This document shows positions 1 through 10,164 of a DNA stretch of 64,000 bases, piece by piece. Under the pieces are notes generated by a model, which ran no database searches, was not told the origin of the DNA, and saw only the letters and a program-made list of their open reading frames with translations. This DNA comes from an uncultured Gammaproteobacteria bacterium. Lineage in GTDB: Bacteria; Pseudomonadota; Gammaproteobacteria; Natronospirales; JAJUFS01. Position numbers and translations under genes: made by a program. The DNA lies in contig CAZRFE010000004.1 of the NCBI GenBank assembly GCA_964599565.1, forward strand, positions 3,680-67,679, in the 5' to 3' direction. How positions within the stretch are numbered: position 1 is the stretch's first letter; every line of letters begins with the position of its first letter.

Positions 1-1243
1 TTCCCACCCAGCGAAGCCGCCGGCCGATGCGCGGCGGCAGGCCGCGAAGTGCGCGCTCGATGCCGGGCAGCACCTGCGAGAGACCGTATCCCTTCATGGC
101 GAGCAGCTGCATGTAGCGCGCGTAGCGCTCGTAGCCTGCGAACATTTCATCGCCGCCGTCGCCCGTCAGCACCATCTTCACGTGCTGCGCGGCAAGCCGC
201 GACACCAGGAACGTCGGGATGGCGGAAGAATCCGCGAGCGGTTCATCGACATACCATGCAATGTCGCGCAGCAGCGATACCGCATCCGGCCGCACGATCA
301 GCTCGTGGTGCTCGGTGCCAAGATGTTCCGCGACAAGACGTGCGTCACCGGCCTCGTTGTACTGCGCTTCCTCGAAGCCGATGGAGAACGTCTTGACGGG
401 ACGCGGCATGTTGCGCGCCATCATCGCGACGACGAGGCTTGAATCGATGCCGCCGCTGAGAAACGCACCGAACGGCACATCGCTGTTCAACCGCACGGCG
501 ACGGCGTCCTCGACCTGCGCTTCGAGGATGTCGATCAGCGTTTCCTCGTCGTGCTCGAGCTTCGGCGCATAGCTCAGCGTCCAGTAGCTCTCGATGGTCG
601 TGCGTCCGTCGCGAAACACGAGGAAGTGTCCCGGGCGAAGCTTGCGCACGCCTTCGACCATGCAGTCCGGCGTCGGCACGTAGCCGAGCATGAGGTAATC
701 CGCGAGCGCGCTGCGGTCAAGGCGCGCCTCGACGCCGGGAACGCAGAGCAGGCTCTTGAGCTCGGAGGCGAAGAAAAGTCCGCGCGGCGATTCCGTGTAG
801 AACAGCGGCTTCTTGCCGAATCGGTCCCGCGCGAGCACCAGGCTCTGCGTGCGCGAATCCCAGATGGCGACGGCGAACATGCCGCGCAGTTCCGCGAAGC
901 AGTCCGTGCCGTATTCCTCGTAGGCATGCACGACGCATTCCACATCGCTGTTGGTGCGAAATACATGCCCGCGCCGTTCCAGGCGACGCCGCAGCTCGCG
1001 GCAGTTGTAGATCTCGCCGTTGACCACCGCGCAGATGTCGCCGTCCTCGCTGTAAAGCGGCTGCTGCCCACCCGCAGGATCGACGATAGCAAGCCGCCGC
1101 ATGCCGAGAAACGCCTGCGGTGAATGAAACAATCCTTCGTCGTCCGGACCACGATGCCGAATCGCCGCGCACATGCGCCGCGCGATATCGACAGGTGGAA
1201 CCTGGTGACCGCTGCCTGCCGCAGCACCCGCTATTCCGCACAT
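1..1243 (-). CDS. asparagine synthase (glutamine-hydrolysing), AsnB family; C-terminus runs off the window
   Basis: Absent from the ORF track because the frame has no stop inside the window. The reverse complement of 1241-1243 is ATG, followed by TGC GGA ATA (MCGI..., the class-II amidotransferase Cys2 nucleophile). The in-frame translation contains AFLSGGIDSS (PP-loop) at about 440-470. Confidence 0.85.
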   Translation of the reverse strand, partial: MCGIAGAAAGSGHQVPPVDIARRMCAAIRHRGPDDEGLFHSPQAFLGMRRLAIVDPAGGQQPLYSEDGDICAVVNGEIYNCRELRRRLERRGHVFRTNSDVECVVHAYEEYGTDCFAELRGMFAVAIWDSRTQSLVLARDRFGKKPLFYTESPRGLFFASELKSLLCVPGVEARLDRSALADYLMLGYVPTPDCMVEGVRKLRPGHFLVFRDGRTTIESYWTLSYAPKLEHDEETLIDILEAQVEDAVAVRLNSDVPFGAFLSGGIDSSLVVAMMARNMPRPVKTFSIGFEEAQYNEAGDARLVAEHLGTEHHELIVRPDAVSLLRDIAWYVDEPLADSSAIPTFLVSRLAAQHVKMVLTGDGGDEMFAGYERYARYMQLLAMKGYGLSQVLPGIERALRGLPPRIGRRLRWVG

Positions 1244-1276
1244 GTCCCCTGTCCTTTGTTCATTGCGCCGCTCCGT

Positions 1277-2467
1277 TCACGCGCACTCGCCACGGCGCGC
1301 ATCCGCGAGCGCGGCACTCATGTCATAAAGTTCCGCGAGCCTCGCCACGACGGCATCGATGCCCGCGCGCGCAGTCACGCGCTGTCTCGCGGTGACGCCG
1401 AGCTGCGCGAGCGCACTGCGATCCATGCGCGCGATCTCGCGCAGGCTCGCCGTCATGCCCGCAACGTCGCCCGCCTCGACGAGCCAGCCGCATTTGCCGT
1501 TTTCGATGAAATCCTCCGTGCCGCTCACGCGCGTGCCGAGCACGGGAAGTCCCGCTGCCATGTATTCGAGCAGCGTGTTCGAGAGCCCTTCGTAAAGCGA
1601 CGGCAGCACGCCGAAATCCGCCGCGGCAAGAAACTCCTCGACGTCCGCGCGCGCACCCAGCAGCTTGAGCTGATGTTCGCGCCCGAGGCTGCGAATGAGC
1701 GCACCGAGTTCCTCGCGCAATCCGCCTTCGCCGATCATCATCAGGCATACGCGATCGTTCACGGTGTATGCCTGCGTCCATGCCGCGACCAGTGCATCGA
1801 GTCCTTTCTCCGGCACCAGCCGTCCCACGTACACGCCGGTCAGCGAACGCGACGCATCGGGCACCTCCCTGTGTGCGCCCACAAACCGGCGGATGTCGAC
1901 GGCATTCGGAATCACACAGACGCGATCCTCGCGGAAGCCGCGTGCAAGCAGGCGGTCGCGGATCTGCGTGCTTGTCGCCTGGATGTAGTGCGCAAGGCGA
2001 AGTGCGGCGCGCTTCGCGGCCATCATCGGATTGAGTCCCGGTGCGAGCACGCCGTGCTTGATCTCGAGCCAGCCGGTGAGCTTCACGATCACCGTCTTGC
2101 CGAGCATGCGCCCGACGATGCAGCTGACGGCCGCCATGTTGTGCGCGATGTGCGCGTGAATGACGTCGTACTCGCGGCGGTGACGCACAAGGTATGCCGC
2201 GAACCGCACCAACATCATCATGCCGCCGATGAAACGCATCTTCGGATACGGAATGCGCCACACCGCTACGCCGTCCACTTCATCGTGCACGGCGCGCGGC
2301 GCTTCGCGCGTCAGCGGCGCGATGATCTCCACCGGGATGCCGCGCTCCGCGAGATAGCGCGAGATGGTGCGCACCTGCCCTTCGGCGCCGCCGCCGCCCT
2401 CCGTCGGATAGCAGCTTTCAAGCACCATCAGCACCTTGCGCGGGCGTATCTCACGTCGCATCGACAT
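1277..2467 (-). CDS. family 4 glycosyltransferase (GT4)
   Basis: ORF 1277..2488. N-terminus KVLMVLESCYPTEGGGGAEGQ and C-terminal EGLSNTLLEYMAAGLPVLGT (the E-x7-E region) are typical of GT4. Start placed at an internal Met (2467) to limit overlap with the upstream gene; 2488 and 2461 remain possible. Confidence 0.8.
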   Translation of the reverse strand: MSMRREIRPRKVLMVLESCYPTEGGGGAEGQVRTISRYLAERGIPVEIIAPLTREAPRAVHDEVDGVAVWRIPYPKMRFIGGMMMLVRFAAYLVRHRREYDVIHAHIAHNMAAVSCIVGRMLGKTVIVKLTGWLEIKHGVLAPGLNPMMAAKRAALRLAHYIQATSTQIRDRLLARGFREDRVCVIPNAVDIRRFVGAHREVPDASRSLTGVYVGRLVPEKGLDALVAAWTQAYTVNDRVCLMMIGEGGLREELGALIRSLGREHQLKLLGARADVEEFLAAADFGVLPSLYEGLSNTLLEYMAAGLPVLGTRVSGTEDFIENGKCGWLVEAGDVAGMTASLREIARMDRSALAQLGVTARQRVTARAGIDAVVARLAELYDMSAALADARRGECA

Positions 2468-4325
2468 ACTCCCTCTGCCACAGTTCAAGCATCAGGAGCC
2501 GCCACAGCTCCGGGCTCATGTCCCAGCCGCCGCGGTCGTGCGTATCCAGCATCCGCTCGACGAAACCCTGCTCGAAGTAGCCGCGCTCGACGGTGCGCTG
2601 CGAACGCAGCGTGTCGTGCACCAGGTCGCGGAACGCACCCGGGCGCCGTGCCCACAGCGCGATCGGCAGGCCGAAACCCTGCTTGCGTTTCGCGAGTATC
2701 TCCGCCGGCAGCAGGTCGCGCAGCGCGCGCTTGAACAGGTAACGCTTCTGCCGGCCGTTCACCTTCATGGCAGCGCGCAGGCGTCCCGTGAAATCCACGA
2801 GCCTGCGGTCAAGGTACGGATAGGTGACGCACACGCCGGCGGCGTGGCTCGCGCGCTGCACCTTGACGAGATCGTTGTCCGCGATCGCCATCATGAGGTC
2901 GATGTACATCAGGCGGTGAAGTTCATCGGCATCCGGCAGCGCATCGTAATGCCGCTGCATCACCGCGAGCGATGCATCGCGCTCGATGCCTGCGCGCAGG
3001 CACGGCGTCAGCAGTTCCTCGAAGTATTCCGATGCGAACGATTCCTCCTGGTAGAAGCGCGCCGGGTTGGCGAGCGCACCGCGCCTTGCGAAATTCCGCA
3101 CGCGGTTCGCCAGCAGTCCGCCGTCGCGCGACGGCCGGCCGAGCACGCGCGCGATCGTCGCGCGCAACGGTTGCGGCAGCCGCGCGTAGGCGCGATACAC
3201 CGCATCCTTCGCATAGCGTTCGTTGCCGCCGAAACTCTCGTCGCCGCCATCGCCCGCAACCAGCAGGCGAACGCCGTCGTCCGCCGCCGCCGCCGCGCAG
3301 TAGTACGTCGGTATCGCGGACGCGTTGCCGTACGGTTCGTCGTAGGCTTCAAGCAGCGTGGGTATCGCGGCGAGCGTGTCCTGTTCATCGACCTGCCGGT
3401 AACGCGCCTGCGTGCCGTAGTGCGCCGCCGCAATGCGTGCGTATTCAAGCTCGTCGTAGCCCGCTTCCCCGAAACCGATGGAATAGGTCTGCACGGGCGT
3501 TGCATCCGGCATGCGCGCGAACACGCCCGTGATGCTTGAGCTGTCGGTGCCGCCGCTCAGGAACGTGCCCCACTTCACGCCGGATGTCGGGCGGTGCGCA
3601 CCCACGGTTTCGTGGATCTGATCGCGCAGCTCGCTTTCGAGAACATCGAGCGGCGCATCGCGATCGCCCGTGAATCTCGGCCACCAGTAGCGTTCCTCGA
3701 CAGCGGTGCCGGGCGTTGCCATCAGCTGCGTGCCCGCGGGCATCTTCCGCAGCCGGCGGAAGATGCTGTGCGGTGCGGGTATGCACGAGTAATTGAGATA
3801 GTGATACAGCGCCATCGTGTCCAGCTCGCGCGGCAGGATGCCGAGCGCGGTCACGAGACGTGCGTCGGTTGCGAACACCGTCAGCCCGTCGAGCGTCGCG
3901 CGGTACAGCGGCAGTTGCCGGAACGGCGCAGTCAGTGCGAGTGCGCGCGGTTCGCTGTTGTGCACGGCAACGGCGGCGAAGTTGCTGCCATCGAGCGTTG
4001 TCGCATCCACCACGCCGCAGCTGTGCTCCATGAACAGTTGCTCGATGACGCGCGCATCGACGCCGGGAACGTCATGCCGTGCACGCTGGAAGATGCCGAC
4101 GACCGTCGCGGCATCGCCCTTGTGCACCGTGATGCCGCCCCAGCCCGCGGCGATGCCGTGCCGGCCGATGAGCGTCAGTGCGGGCGGAATCTTGCCGCCG
4201 CAGATCGCAGGCCGCAGTGCGCGCACGCGTGCTGCCAGCCGGTCGCGTTGTTCATCGCCGGTCAGCAGGAGCATGAAATGCCCGAGCCCCGTCACGCTGT
4301 TCAGGTTGCTTGTCATTGTTCTCAC
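2451..4325 (-). CDS. asparagine synthase-family amidotransferase lacking the N-terminal Cys nucleophile
   Basis: 624 aa. FLSGGTDSSSI PP-loop and an AsnB-like C-terminal synthetase domain. The N-terminus is MRTMTSNLNSVTGLGHF instead of MCG. Confidence 0.85.
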   Translation of the reverse strand: MRTMTSNLNSVTGLGHFMLLLTGDEQRDRLAARVRALRPAICGGKIPPALTLIGRHGIAAGWGGITVHKGDAATVVGIFQRARHDVPGVDARVIEQLFMEHSCGVVDATTLDGSNFAAVAVHNSEPRALALTAPFRQLPLYRATLDGLTVFATDARLVTALGILPRELDTMALYHYLNYSCIPAPHSIFRRLRKMPAGTQLMATPGTAVEERYWWPRFTGDRDAPLDVLESELRDQIHETVGAHRPTSGVKWGTFLSGGTDSSSITGVFARMPDATPVQTYSIGFGEAGYDELEYARIAAAHYGTQARYRQVDEQDTLAAIPTLLEAYDEPYGNASAIPTYYCAAAAADDGVRLLVAGDGGDESFGGNERYAKDAVYRAYARLPQPLRATIARVLGRPSRDGGLLANRVRNFARRGALANPARFYQEESFASEYFEELLTPCLRAGIERDASLAVMQRHYDALPDADELHRLMYIDLMMAIADNDLVKVQRASHAAGVCVTYPYLDRRLVDFTGRLRAAMKVNGRQKRYLFKRALRDLLPAEILAKRKQGFGLPIALWARRPGAFRDLVHDTLRSQRTVERGYFEQGFVERMLDTHDRGGWDMSPELWRLLMLELWQREYVDAT

Positions 4326-4379
4326 CGTTGCGGCGCGGCCGGCGCCGCGCGTTTCATGCGACTCGAATTGAAGGTCATG

Positions 4380-5498
4380 TCAGCGCTCCACCGCGCATGC
4401 GCTCTCTTCCAGGAGGCAGCGCGCGTAGATGCTTTCCATCTCCGCGGCCATGCGGCGCGGATCGTGAAGACGCCGTATCGATTCCTGCCCGGCGCGGCCA
4501 ATGCGCTCGCGCAATGCAGGATCGCGCGCGAGATCGCACAGCATCGCGGCCAGCGATTCATGGTCGTCCGCGGGAAACAGCAGGCCGGTGTCGAGGTGCG
4601 AGACAAGCTCGGAATTTCCGCCCACGTTCGATGCGACCACCGCAACACCCGCGGACATCGCCTCCATGATCGCGTTGCTCAGCCCTTCGCGATGCGACGA
4701 GCACACGAACGCATCCGCATGCAGCAGGAACGGCACGACATCGGTCTGCTCGCCGTGGAACGTCACGTTCGAGGCGAGCCCAAGTTCATCGCAAAACGAC
4801 TGCATCGCCGCGCGCAGCGGGCCGTCGCCGACGATGTCGAGCTGTGCTGCGGGGATGGCGCGGGCGACGAGCGCGAAGGCGCGCAGCAGGCAGGGAATGT
4901 TCTTGTGCGTCACCAGGCGACCGACGAACAGCACGCGGCATGCATCGCCCGGTGTGCGTGCGCGTTCCGTGCGCTGCTCGAAGACCGGCGGAATGCGCAT
5001 GCCGTTGTAGACGACCTGGACGCTGCTCTGGCGAACGCCCATCTGCAGCGCGGCGTACTCGGCACCGGCGCGCGAGTTCGCGATCAGCGCGGCGGAGTTG
5101 AGCGTCACCAGGCGCTTGATGTTCCACTGCAGCGGCGAGAACCAGTCATACACGCTGCGCGCCGAACCGATGAAGCGCCCCCGTCCCGCGACGAGATTCG
5201 CAAGCCATCCCCAGAACTCGCCGATGAACGAGAAGCCGTGCACGAGATCGAACTCGCCGCTGCGGATGAAACGGCACAGGCGCAGGAAGAAGCCGGGATC
5301 GAGCTTCCAGCGTTTCGGGATGCAGGTGACCTCGACGCCGGCGTCCCGAAGCTCGTTGACATACGGCGAGCCGTTGCGAAAGTACACGACCGTCACATGA
5401 AACGCGCTGCGGTCGATGTGCCGCGCAAGCTCGACGATCTGGCGCTGCGTGCCACCGACTTCCATCTCGTCAGTGATGATCAGCAATCTTCTTTGCAT
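4380..5498 (-). CDS. family 4 glycosyltransferase (GT4)
   Basis: Track ORF 4380..5885 is over-extended. The GT4-like N-terminus MQRRLLIITDEMEVGGTQRQ starts at the ATG at 5498-5496. The C-terminus has EGLSNAIMEAMSAGVAVVASNVGG. Confidence 0.8.
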   Translation of the reverse strand: MQRRLLIITDEMEVGGTQRQIVELARHIDRSAFHVTVVYFRNGSPYVNELRDAGVEVTCIPKRWKLDPGFFLRLCRFIRSGEFDLVHGFSFIGEFWGWLANLVAGRGRFIGSARSVYDWFSPLQWNIKRLVTLNSAALIANSRAGAEYAALQMGVRQSSVQVVYNGMRIPPVFEQRTERARTPGDACRVLFVGRLVTHKNIPCLLRAFALVARAIPAAQLDIVGDGPLRAAMQSFCDELGLASNVTFHGEQTDVVPFLLHADAFVCSSHREGLSNAIMEAMSAGVAVVASNVGGNSELVSHLDTGLLFPADDHESLAAMLCDLARDPALRERIGRAGQESIRRLHDPRRMAAEMESIYARCLLEESACAVER

Positions 5499-6777
5499 CG
5501 ATTTCACCTGGCAGTGAGCGAATGATCCGAAGCAGCCGGCCGCCTTCCGTGTCCGCATCGAACTCATGCCTGACCTTGCGGGCGGCACCCTCGACACAGC
5601 GCGTGCGCAGCACTTCATCCTCGAGCATGCGGCGTATCGCGCGCGCCAGCGCATCCGGGTCGCGCGATGGAACCAGAAGCCCCGTGCGTTCGTTCTCGAC
5701 CAGTTCCGGTATGCCGGAAACATCGGTACTGACGACGGGCGTGCCGGACGCCATCGCCTCCATGAGCGCGACAGGAATGCCGTCCATGTTCCCCTCGCGC
5801 GACCGTTGCGAGGCGAGCACGAACACGCTCGCCGCGGCAAGCTTGCGTTCGACTTCCTGCGAGGGCTGCGCGCCGAGCATGGCAACGCAGTCTTCGATGC
5901 CGAGCGCGCGGATCTGCGCCTTCAGTTCAGCGCGCTTCGGACCATCGCCGATGATCTCGCAGTGAAAGCGCACGCCCTGCATCTTCAGCAGCCGGCACGC
6001 GTCGAGGAGCGTCGGGAACCCCTTGATCTCATCGAGCCTTCCGACGGAAAGCACGCGCCCGCCGCGAACGTCCGGCACCGCAAGCGCGCGGTGCCGTGCA
6101 GGAACGCCGCAATGCACGATCTCGATGCGTGCCGTGGCCTGCGGATGCCGGCGGCGGATGTATTCGCGGTTGAAGTTCGAGATGACGGCGACGAACGCCG
6201 CCTCCGCCAGCTTCTCGCGCATCAGCTGGTCGTCGATGTAGATATCGTGCGCATGCGCGGTAAAGCTGAACGGCCGCTTGACGCGGCGCGAGATCGTCAT
6301 CGCCGCGGTGGAGGCGTACGTCGCCCAGTGCGCATGGATGTGATGCGGCGCGAACGCTGCGATATCGTCAATGAGGCCGAGTGCGCGAAACCACGCGACG
6401 AGACTTTTCGCCATGACGAGCGGCTCCCGCCACAGGCGCCTCATGATGAGAAGAGACATCGACAGCGTCGCCGCCGGCCGCGTGAAAAGACTGCCGAGCA
6501 GCGCGCGCGCGTTGCGATGCCAGGGGCGCGGACACATCACGCGATCCATCAGCAGCTTCGCATCGCTCTGCACGAAGGCTTCCGCGCCCGGGCGCAGCGG
6601 TACGATGCGCACGTCCGCGCCACGGCGCAGCAGCGCATGGATTTCGCGAACGATGAATGTCTCCGACCAGCACGGGAAACTGGAAACGACATAGAGAATG
6701 CGTTCGCCGCCGCCGCGCGATGCGCGTGTCGGAATGGCGGTGTCCGCATCCAGCGTGTTGAACTGCGATATCTGCAT
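5470..6777 (-). CDS. family 4 glycosyltransferase (GT4)
   Basis: This is the C-terminal 435 codons of track ORF 5470..8136. The ATG at 6777-6775 (MQISQFNT...) overlaps the upstream stop as ATGA. Motif EGNMDGIPVALMEAMASGTPVVSTDVSGIPE. Confidence 0.8.
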   Translation of the reverse strand: MQISQFNTLDADTAIPTRASRGGGERILYVVSSFPCWSETFIVREIHALLRRGADVRIVPLRPGAEAFVQSDAKLLMDRVMCPRPWHRNARALLGSLFTRPAATLSMSLLIMRRLWREPLVMAKSLVAWFRALGLIDDIAAFAPHHIHAHWATYASTAAMTISRRVKRPFSFTAHAHDIYIDDQLMREKLAEAAFVAVISNFNREYIRRRHPQATARIEIVHCGVPARHRALAVPDVRGGRVLSVGRLDEIKGFPTLLDACRLLKMQGVRFHCEIIGDGPKRAELKAQIRALGIEDCVAMLGAQPSQEVERKLAAASVFVLASQRSREGNMDGIPVALMEAMASGTPVVSTDVSGIPELVENERTGLLVPSRDPDALARAIRRMLEDEVLRTRCVEGAARKVRHEFDADTEGGRLLRIIRSLPGEIDAKKIADHH

Positions 6778-7895
6778 CACCACGGCTGCGACCTCCCGTG
6801 CCTTGCGAAGCTGAGCAGGCCGAGCACCGCGAACCAGTTGAGCAAAAGGAACGTCGCCGGCACGCGCACCATGCGAAGCCGCTGCGCGGCCGGCAGCAGC
6901 ACGCCAAGAAGCGCGACGATGTAGAGCACAAGCTGTGTCACGAGCAGCGCCTGGTAGGTGGACGATTCGCTCGCGAGCACGAAGTTCGAGACCAGCGCGG
7001 CAAGCAGGAAGAACGGTACGACGAGGCGCAGCAGCTTGTGTGAAACGAACTGCAGCCATATCGGGTTGCGCGCGGGATTCATGAGCCCGGGGCGCAGCAG
7101 CACGAGCTGGTAGTTCCCCGCGATGGTGCGTATCTTGCGCCGCCGCTCGCGCGCCTGCGACGAGGATGGAATGTCGTATGCGATCGCCGTGCGGTCGAAC
7201 ACCACGCGAAGGCCGCGTGCAACGACGTTCATGGGAATGAGCACGTCGTCGAGCACCGTCTCCGGCGGGATCGCGGTGAAGCATTCGCGGCGCATCGCGT
7301 AGATGGCACCGGTGACGCCGACGGACGACGAGAAACGCGATTCCTGCACGCGCAGCCATTTCTCGTAGCGCCAGTACATGTCCATGCCGCCCGCGAAACC
7401 TTCCGCGCCGGGATCGAGCATGAGTTCGCCGCTCGCCGCACCGATGCGTTCGTCCGCGAAGTTCATCACGATGTTGCGCACGGCCTTGATGTCCAGCCGC
7501 TGGCGGATGTCCGTGAACAGCAGGATGTCGCCGGATGCGCGCGCGACCGCCTCGTTGATGCACGCCGCCTTGCCGCGGTGTTCGTGGTGCTCGATGATCT
7601 CGACGCGCGGACTCTCGAACGCACGCGCGCGCGCGACCGTGGCGTCCGTCGAGCCGTCCGAAACGAGCACGACCTCGAGCAGATCGTGCGGGTAGTCGAG
7701 CGTCAGGCAGTTGCCAAGCTTGTCGTCGATCCACTGCTCGCCGTTGCGCACCACGATGATGAGCGTGACGCCGGGCTGCTGGCTGCGGCGCAGTACCACG
7801 CGCGGGCGCAGCCGCGCGAGCGTCCATGCCAGCAGCGGATAGCCCGCATACGTATAGACGAGCATGAACGCGGCGATCCAGAACATCGTTTCCAT
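6777..7895 (-). CDS. family 2 glycosyltransferase with N- and C-terminal transmembrane segments
   Basis: 372 aa. VTLIIVVRNGEQ...VLVSDGSTD...LLFTD are GT2 signatures. The N-terminus and the last ~90 aa are hydrophobic. Confidence 0.8.
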   Translation of the reverse strand: METMFWIAAFMLVYTYAGYPLLAWTLARLRPRVVLRRSQQPGVTLIIVVRNGEQWIDDKLGNCLTLDYPHDLLEVVLVSDGSTDATVARARAFESPRVEIIEHHEHRGKAACINEAVARASGDILLFTDIRQRLDIKAVRNIVMNFADERIGAASGELMLDPGAEGFAGGMDMYWRYEKWLRVQESRFSSSVGVTGAIYAMRRECFTAIPPETVLDDVLIPMNVVARGLRVVFDRTAIAYDIPSSSQARERRRKIRTIAGNYQLVLLRPGLMNPARNPIWLQFVSHKLLRLVVPFFLLAALVSNFVLASESSTYQALLVTQLVLYIVALLGVLLPAAQRLRMVRVPATFLLLNWFAVLGLLSFARHGRSQPW

Positions 7896-7907
7896 GCGAT
7901 CTCCGTT

Positions 7908-8822
7908 TCAGCTCTCGCCCAGGTAACGCTGGCGCAGGTTGTCGTACATGTTGTTGCCGAGCGCGCGGCGCGCGAGCTGCAGGAGCTGGTAGCGGCCGGC
8001 CTGCGCTACGAGCGCAAACGGGTGGTTGCCGAGCCAGTCGCGCAGGTCGCGTTCCGTTGTCGTCGCCCGGATGGCGATGCGCGGGATGATGTTGATGTTC
8101 GATTTCAGCTTCCACTGTCCGGGACGCGAACCGCACACGGCCTTGTAGCCGACGCGCCTCGCCAGTGCCGCGACGAAACCGTTCACGCGTCCGCCGGGCG
8201 CAGCGAAGACCGTCACCGGCTCGCCCAGCCGATCCTCGATGATCCGCCGCGAACGCAGCAGTTCGTCCGCGAGCGAGACGTCATCAAGATCGTCCATGTA
8301 GCGATGCGAATAGCCGTGCGACTGTATCGACATGCCGGCGGACGCCATGCCGCGCAGCTCCGTCCAGCTGAGAAAGCCGTGCTTGCCCACGTTGGCGGGG
8401 TTCACGAAGAACTCGCCGGGCATGTTGCGTTCCCACAGCATGTGCAGCACCGGTTCGAGATGCGACGTCGTGCCGTCATCGAACGTGAGCACGACGGCGC
8501 GGTCGTGCGCGACGGCGTCGCGCGCGGGTGTGGCATCCGCATTCACCTCGATCAGGTCGCCCACCGTCGAAACCGGATGGCCGGTTTCGGCAATCAGGTC
8601 CAGGTGGTCCGCGAACTGCTGCGCGGACACCGAATAGATTCCGTCTGCCGTCGGATCCGTGCACCCCTGCCTGTCGAGCACGCTGTGGTACATGAGCGTC
8701 GTGGCAATGCGCACCTGCGGCGCCTGTATGCGCTCGCGTGTCACCCCTCTGATCAAGTCAACCCCCTTGCGGGTCTCTGCCCCGCGGCGAATAGCTGAGA
8801 AACAAAGTGAGCATGAGTTCAT
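7908..8822 (-). CDS. polysaccharide deacetylase (NodB-homology domain)
   Basis: LMYHSV..., VVLTFDDGTTSH, SHGYSH motifs. The start is uncertain: ATG 8822 gives a 65-nt overlap with the upstream gene; TTG 8756 or GTG 8744 are alternatives. Confidence 0.75.
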   Translation of the reverse strand: MNSCSLCFSAIRRGAETRKGVDLIRGVTRERIQAPQVRIATTLMYHSVLDRQGCTDPTADGIYSVSAQQFADHLDLIAETGHPVSTVGDLIEVNADATPARDAVAHDRAVVLTFDDGTTSHLEPVLHMLWERNMPGEFFVNPANVGKHGFLSWTELRGMASAGMSIQSHGYSHRYMDDLDDVSLADELLRSRRIIEDRLGEPVTVFAAPGGRVNGFVAALARRVGYKAVCGSRPGQWKLKSNINIIPRIAIRATTTERDLRDWLGNHPFALVAQAGRYQLLQLARRALGNNMYDNLRQRYLGES

Positions 8823-10164
8823 CGAACGTGTACTCGGGATCGCTGCTTTCGCGATCGAGGAAGCGAAGCCCGCTGACCAGCGACCACGCGCGGTCTATCC
8901 GGTAATCCAGCTCCGTGCGGAGCACGCGGAAGGTGTCGGAGCGCACGATGTTCTGGTACTCGACATCCGAAACCGTGCCGTTCGCGGAAAGCTGAAGCCG
9001 CGACGAGAGACGGAAGTTGATGCCAAGACGCACGCCGCGTTGTTCCTGGTCGAGCGGCGTGACGAAGTAATCGAGCTCGCGTGCATAAAGGGCCGCGGAC
9101 CACTGGTGCGCGCGCCAGCCCCGCGTGTAACGCAACGTCGCGCTGCTCGAGAAAAGCGGATCGCCGGTGACGATGAAGCTCGATGACGCGCCGGGGTCGA
9201 ACAGGATCTCGTTGCGCAGCATCGCCGTCGCGGTGTCGCTCGCACGGCGCTCCGCGCTGAAATAGAGCGAGGAATCGCTGGTGCGCCGCAGGCCGAGGCG
9301 AAACCATCCCGTTGCAAGTTCACCGATGAGCCCGTCGGCAAGTTCGATGCGCGATTTTCCCGCGGCCACCCACAGGTTCATGGTGTCGTTGCGCGTGCGG
9401 AAATCGAGATGCGCGCTCTGTTCGTCGAAATCCTGCGCGGTCGCTTCCGGCTGGAAATCGACCTCGCTCGCGCTCGCGAGCAGCCCGATGCTCGAGTTCG
9501 CGGTGATGTCGCGCGCGAAATCGAGCGTTGCGGTGCTGCGATCGTGATCGATCGGCGTTTCCTCCGCGTTCACCTCCGCGCGGGATGCACCGATCGTGAG
9601 CTCGTTCCCGCTGCCTGGCCGCAAGGTAAGCCGCGGGCCGGTTTCAAGAACGTTCACGAACTGCACGTTGACGGGACTTGTCGTGCCGAGCGGATTGATG
9701 GGCGCGTTCGCGATACGGTCGGTGACGAACCAGTCGAGCGCATCGGGGATGATGAACCAGTCGCCGGCGGCGAGAAAATTCGCGCGCGCCTCGTCGTCGA
9801 AATCGTTTCGCGTGTAATGGCGGTAGGCGATCGTGCCGTCGAATGCCGCGGCGAACCGCGTGCCGACATAACGCCAGTTCGCGCCGAACTCGCCGACGCC
9901 GACGATCTCTTCCTCCGTCGCATCGGGATCGGCCTCGCGCGTCACGTTGTCCGTTGCAAGCACGCCGAAACGCAGGTTCCACCCTGGCGCCGTGCCGAGT
10001 TCCTCCATCGCGGGCAGGAACGTTTCCGGCCCCGCGGCCGGGCGCGAGGACGCGCCGGAAACCGTCGACGGCGCCAGCGCGAGCAGCACGAGCGCGAGCA
10101 GGCCCGATGCGTGGCGCACACGCCGGGCAAGCCGATCGAAGCGCGCACCGGTGCGCTTCATCAT
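8758..10164 (-). CDS. outer-membrane beta-barrel protein of EPS loci (PEP-CTERM-locus 'hypo_1'-like)
   Basis: 468 aa. Signal peptide (LLALVLLALAPSTVSGA), alternating beta-strand-like sequence and a C-terminal aromatic-rich strand (LTLFLSYS). Position between the kinase-like gene and the deacetylase fits this family. ATGA overlap with the upstream gene at 10161-10164. Confidence 0.65.
   Translation of the reverse strand: MMKRTGARFDRLARRVRHASGLLALVLLALAPSTVSGASSRPAAGPETFLPAMEELGTAPGWNLRFGVLATDNVTREADPDATEEEIVGVGEFGANWRYVGTRFAAAFDGTIAYRHYTRNDFDDEARANFLAAGDWFIIPDALDWFVTDRIANAPINPLGTTSPVNVQFVNVLETGPRLTLRPGSGNELTIGASRAEVNAEETPIDHDRSTATLDFARDITANSSIGLLASASEVDFQPEATAQDFDEQSAHLDFRTRNDTMNLWVAAGKSRIELADGLIGELATGWFRLGLRRTSDSSLYFSAERRASDTATAMLRNEILFDPGASSSFIVTGDPLFSSSATLRYTRGWRAHQWSAALYARELDYFVTPLDQEQRGVRLGINFRLSSRLQLSANGTVSDVEYQNIVRSDTFRVLRTELDYRIDRAWSLVSGLRFLDRESSDPEYTFDELMLTLFLSYSPRGRDPQGG

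Noticed and set aside
5470-8136. A single 888-aa ORF spanning two glycosyltransferase genes. Similarly over-extended are 4380..5885, 26640..31412, 38470..40923, 41732..42787 and 59556..60305.
   Set aside because: Only the C-terminal parts have family-like sequence. The N-terminal extensions overlap the upstream gene in another frame and are Arg-rich junk. Internal ATG/GTG starts with ATGA or short-gap coupling give proteins of normal length.
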